Shown: positions 60,542-64,000 of the stretch, piece after piece | Layout of the letters: each line of letters begins with the position of its first letter | Numbering within the stretch: the stretch's first letter is position 1 | Assembly: GCA_963727485.1 (NCBI GenBank) | Contig: CAVSGM010000001.1 | Span: 608,001-672,000, forward strand | Origin: an uncultured delta proteobacterium | Lineage (GTDB): Bacteria > Myxococcota > Myxococcia > SLRQ01 | DNA length: 64,000 nt | Reading direction: 5' to 3' | Translations under genes and position numbers: made by a program | Notes under the pieces: model-generated | What the model was told of the DNA's origin: nothing | The model's input: only the letters and a program-made list of their open reading frames with translations | The model's database searches: none

Positions 60542-63500
60542 TTGAGGCAGCGGGAAGACGGTCTGGAGCGTCGGGGGAGCAGGTGCTGGAGCACCTGGCG
60601 AGCGGCGGTCCTGGCGGCGGTGGCCCTGACGGTGGGCGCGCCGGCCGGCGCAGCGGTGGAGGGCTGGGTCCAGGCCGGGAACCCCCCGCTCGCGAACCTC
60701 ACCGGCTACACCCAGACGCGCCTCCCGGACGGGCGGGTGCTCGTGGTCGGCGGGGCGGTGAGCGGCACGCCGAGCGGAAGCTGCTTCCTCTTCGACCCGG
60801 CGACCGGCGCGTGGAAGGCGGTGAGCTCCCTGGGTCACGCGCGCTACGACCACGCCGCGGCGCTCCTCGATGACGGCAGCGTCCTGGTCGCCGGCGGCCG
60901 GGACGCCACCGGTCCCCTCGCCACCGTCGAGCTCTACCATCCCGCCGGCGACTACTGGTCCCAGCCGAGCGCCACCCTCTCCGCCGCCCGCTGGGGCCTG
61001 ACCGCGACGCGCCTCGACGACGCCTCCATCCTCCTCGTCGGAGGTCGTAACAAGGCCGGCGCCCTGGCCACCGTCGACCGCTTCACCCTTCCCGGCACCC
61101 TGACCCCCGCCGGGGCCCTCACCACCGCCCGCTACGCCCACACCGCGACCCGGCTCTCCGACGGCTCGGTGGTGGTGGTCGGGGGCATCGACGCTGCTGG
61201 CACCGCCACCGGATCGGTGGAGGAGTACAAGTGGAGCGGGTCCTCGGGGACCTGGACCGCCCTGGCCAGCCTCCCGTCCTCGGAGACCCGCCAGGGCCAC
61301 GTGGCCCTCGCCGTCGGGGGGACCTTCCTCGCCGTGTTCGGAGGGTTCACCGACACCGCCGGGACCCAGCCCACCGACCAGGTGGACGTCCTGGAGAACG
61401 GCACCACCTGGAAGGCCTACGGCAAGGTCACCGGCGCCAGCGGGAGCCTGGCTGCGGCACGCCTGCCGAGTGGCTACGTGGTCCTGGTCGCCAGTCCCGC
61501 CTCGGGCGCGACGCCATCCCCGGTGTTCACCGCCCGGCTCTCGGGGGGCAGCCTGTCCACGGGCACCATCCCCGCGCTGCAGGGCCGGTACGCCCGGCCG
61601 GTGGCCACGCTCCTCCGTGGCGGCCGGGTCCTGGTGACCGGGGGCACGCCGTCGGCCTCGGCGGAGATCCTCGAGCCGGGCTTCCCCTCGGTGAGCACCG
61701 GCGGGTCCCTGGATCCCTCGCCCCACTGGCAGGCGGTGGTGCCGATGATCAACGGCGACGTGGTGGGCTTCGGGGGGGCGAGCAACACCGATCCCTACCT
61801 CGCCACCGTCGAGACACTCTCCAATCCCGCGTCGCCGACGGTGATCACCTGGCCCACCCCCCCGGCGGGCCGGCGTGGCATCCTCGGGGCGACCCTCCTC
61901 GGCGGGGACGTCCTCCTCGCCGGTGGGATCCTCAATGACCCCGCGGGCGGCGGATCCACGACCACCAACGCCTGTCTCCTCTATGTCCCGGCTACCGGTC
62001 TCCAGAGCTGCCAGGGGTCGTTGGTCAACAAGCGATCCAACGGGACCGCGACGCTGCTTCCCGACGGCACCGTCCTCCTCGTCGGGGGGGCCTACGACGT
62101 CAACGGGACCTGGGCGGAGCGCTACGATCCCTCCACGGGGACCTTCAGCGGGACGGGCACCCTCACCGGAAACGGCTTCGCCCAGACCGCGACCCTCCTC
62201 GACGACGGCGACGTCCTCATCGCCGGGGGCAGCCAGGGCGTCGCCACCTACCTCTACGACTACCGCGCCTCGACGCCCTTCACCCAGGTGGGCAGCATCG
62301 ACCAGATCCGCAGGGACGCCACCGCCACGCTCCTCGAGGACGGCCGGGTGCTCCTCGCCGGCGGTCGGACCACCTACCAGAACAACTCCGCCCTCGCCTC
62401 TGCCCTCGTCTACGATCCCGCCACCGGGAGCTGGTCCTCGGCGGGTGCGATGAACGTCCCCCGGGCCGAGGCGGCGGCCATCCGCCTCCAGGACGGCGAG
62501 GTCCTGGTGGTCGGGGGCCTGGACACCAGCGGTGCGCCCATCCAGGCCACCGAGATCTACGACCCGGTCACCAACGCCTGGCGGGCCGGCCCGCCGCTCC
62601 AGACCGGACGCCGGGATGCCCACCTCGTTCGCCTCTCCGACGGCTCGGTCGTCGTCTTCGGGGGCCTCTCGAGTCTCAACAGCGTGCCCCTCGAGGTCAT
62701 CGCCGGCCAGACCGCGACGTCCGCCGAGGCCTACACGCTGAGGGTTACCAGCGTGTCGCCCAACCCGGTGCGGCCCCTGCAGATTCTCACTGTCTCGGGT
62801 TCCTTCGACGTGACGGGTCCCGGGGACGGCACGCCCCGGGCCAGTGGCAGCGTGTACCCGGTGGTCCACCTCGAGAGCCGCACCGGGGGGCCGGATGTCC
62901 TGGCCCCGGTCAGCCTCGTCCTCGGCACCCAGATCAGCGCGACCGTGCCCGCGGGCACCCTCGCCGGCGAGTACTGGGTCCGGGTCGAGGAGGCGGGGGT
63001 CATGAGCACCGCCCAGCCGCTGGAGATCCTCCCCATGGGAGATTGCGCCTCGGGGTGCGGCGGCGCGTGTACGGCGAGCAATACCTGCTGCGAGCAGGCC
63101 TGCACCGGCGGTACCTGTGATGCCAGCGGCCTCTGCCACCCCACCGGCGGCGGCACCGACGGCGGGATGCCCGACGGCGGCGGCACGCCGACCGGGGGCA
63201 CCTGCAGCGTCGGCTCGGACTGTGCGTCGACCTACTGCGTGGGCTCGGTGTGCTGCGCCACCGCCTGTCCCACCGGTGACTGCTCCACCGGGACCTGCCT
63301 GCCCATTCTCGACGCCGGCACCGGCCCCGACGGCGGTGGAGGCGGCGGCCAGCCCGGTGACTTCTGCAGCATCGGCTCGGACTGCGCGTCGACCTACTGC
63401 GTGAGCTCGGTGTGCTGCGCCACCGCCTGCCCCACCGGGGACTGCTCCACCGGGACCTGCCTGCCCATTCTCGACGCTGGCACCGGCCCCGACGGCGGCG

Positions 63501-64000
63501 GGGGTGGCGGCCAGCCCGGTGACGTCTGCAGCGTCGGCGCGGACTGCGCGTCGACCTACTGCGTGAGCTCCGTCTGCTGCACCACGTCCTGCGTGGGCGG
63601 GGACTGCTCCACCGGGGTGTGCCAGACCTTCCCCGACGGCGGCACCGTGACCGACGGCGGCACGATGACCGACGGCGGCACCGGGCCCGACGGCGGCACG
63701 GTCACCGACGGGGGCACCGGCACCGACGCCGGCACGACCCCCGACGCCGGCACCGCCACCACGCCCCAGCTCTACGGGTGCCTCTGCGGCCAGGGCGGCA
63801 GCTCCCCGGGTTGGGCGGTCTTCCTCCTGGTGCTGGTCGTCCTCCGCGTCGACCGCCGCCGGCGCCGGGGCCTGGGCCTCTGGGTCATCCTCCTCGGCGC
63901 GGTCCTCGCCGCCGGCCCGGCCCGGGCCCAGTCGGCGGCGCCCCAGGCGGCCAAGGCCATCAAGAAGGTCGCGGTCCTCGAGCTCCAGGCCGGCCCCGGG
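60542..64000 (+). CDS. Secreted Kelch-repeat protein with Ig-like domain, Cys-rich repeats and internal MYXO-CTERM (3' end outside window; absent from the ORF track)
   Basis: GGAGG then TTG; signal peptide; many T.L.DGRVLV.GG...E.YDP...W Kelch blades; frame appears open to the window end. Confidence 0.85.
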   Translation, partial: MRQREDGLERRGSRCWSTWRAAVLAAVALTVGAPAGAAVEGWVQAGNPPLANLTGYTQTRLPDGRVLVVGGAVSGTPSGSCFLFDPATGAWKAVSSLGHARYDHAAALLDDGSVLVAGGRDATGPLATVELYHPAGDYWSQPSATLSAARWGLTATRLDDASILLVGGRNKAGALATVDRFTLPGTLTPAGALTTARYAHTATRLSDGSVVVVGGIDAAGTATGSVEEYKWSGSSGTWTALASLPSSETRQGHVALAVGGTFLAVFGGFTDTAGTQPTDQVDVLENGTTWKAYGKVTGASGSLAAARLPSGYVVLVASPASGATPSPVFTARLSGGSLSTGTIPALQGRYARPVATLLRGGRVLVTGGTPSASAEILEPGFPSVSTGGSLDPSPHWQAVVPMINGDVVGFGGASNTDPYLATVETLSNPASPTVITWPTPPAGRRGILGATLLGGDVLLAGGILNDPAGGGSTTTNACLLYVPATGLQSCQGSLVNKRSNGTATLLPDGTVLLVGGAYDVNGTWAERYDPSTGTFSGTGTLTGNGFAQTATLLDDGDVLIAGGSQGVATYLYDYRASTPFTQVGSIDQIRRDATATLLEDGRVLLAGGRTTYQNNSALASALVYDPATGSWSSAGAMNVPRAEAAAIRLQDGEVLVVGGLDTSGAPIQATEIYDPVTNAWRAGPPLQTGRRDAHLVRLSDGSVVVFGGLSSLNSVPLEVIAGQTATSAEAYTLRVTSVSPNPVRPLQILTVSGSFDVTGPGDGTPRASGSVYPVVHLESRTGGPDVLAPVSLVLGTQISATVPAGTLAGEYWVRVEEAGVMSTAQPLEILPMGDCASGCGGACTASNTCCEQACTGGTCDASGLCHPTGGGTDGGMPDGGGTPTGGTCSVGSDCASTYCVGSVCCATACPTGDCSTGTCLPILDAGTGPDGGGGGGQPGDFCSIGSDCASTYCVSSVCCATACPTGDCSTGTCLPILDAGTGPDGGGGGGQPGDVCSVGADCASTYCVSSVCCTTSCVGGDCSTGVCQTFPDGGTVTDGGTMTDGGTGPDGGTVTDGGTGTDAGTTPDAGTATTPQLYGCLCGQGGSSPGWAVFLLVLVVLRVDRRRRRGLGLWVILLGAVLAAGPARAQSAAPQAAKAIKKVAVLELQAGPG
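63203..63622 (+). repeat. 162-bp tandem repeat (about 2.6 copies) encoding 8-Cys modules
   Basis: Units start at 63203, 63365 and 63527: CSVGSDCASTYCVGSVCCATACPTGDCSTGTC plus a Gly-rich linker. Confidence 0.9.

Overview
Very GC-rich bacterial chromosomal window, most likely Myxococcota (tmRNA tag ANHDVELALAA, a MYXO-CTERM-like signal, a TIGR04551-like barrel, many Cys/Gly-rich lipoproteins). Many genes are broken by 1-nt indels, densest at about 19-33 kb, which look like long-read consensus errors, so such genes are given as single reconstructed spans. Content in order: hemH (partial), PfkB kinase, a SelW/Rdx selenoprotein with in-frame TGA that the ORF track truncates, an HExxH peptidase, an orphan DUF692/DUF2063 (MNIO) pair, a MepA-like peptidase, ssrA, a sigma54-preceded alpha-2-macroglobulin, an AraC-DoxX-DUF1801x2-VOC cluster, an AT-richer nuclease islet with a double-AAA ATPase, an SbcD/YhaN-like pair, secreted/envelope genes, a tandem WYL pair (PafB/PafC-like) followed by a truncated phosphatase and an ADP-ribosylglycohydrolase, a hybrid kinase, thrS, HxsB plus a second radical SAM enzyme, a divergent PHA locus, a modular secreted phosphoesterase, a cupredoxin and a Kelch protein running off the end. 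Best candidates for undescribed biology: (1) a PHA locus with PhaR-type boxes that combines two PhaC synthases, a mini-PhaE and an acyl-CoA ligase with an outer-membrane barrel, twin lipoproteins and a lipoprotein hydrolase; (2) a PafBC-like regulon, with TGTCAC-N10-TAnnnT-type promoters in front of DNA-repair/defence genes; (3) a Kelch polyprotein with an internal MYXO-CTERM followed directly by a second signal peptide. All family calls come from motif recognition by eye; no database searches were run.
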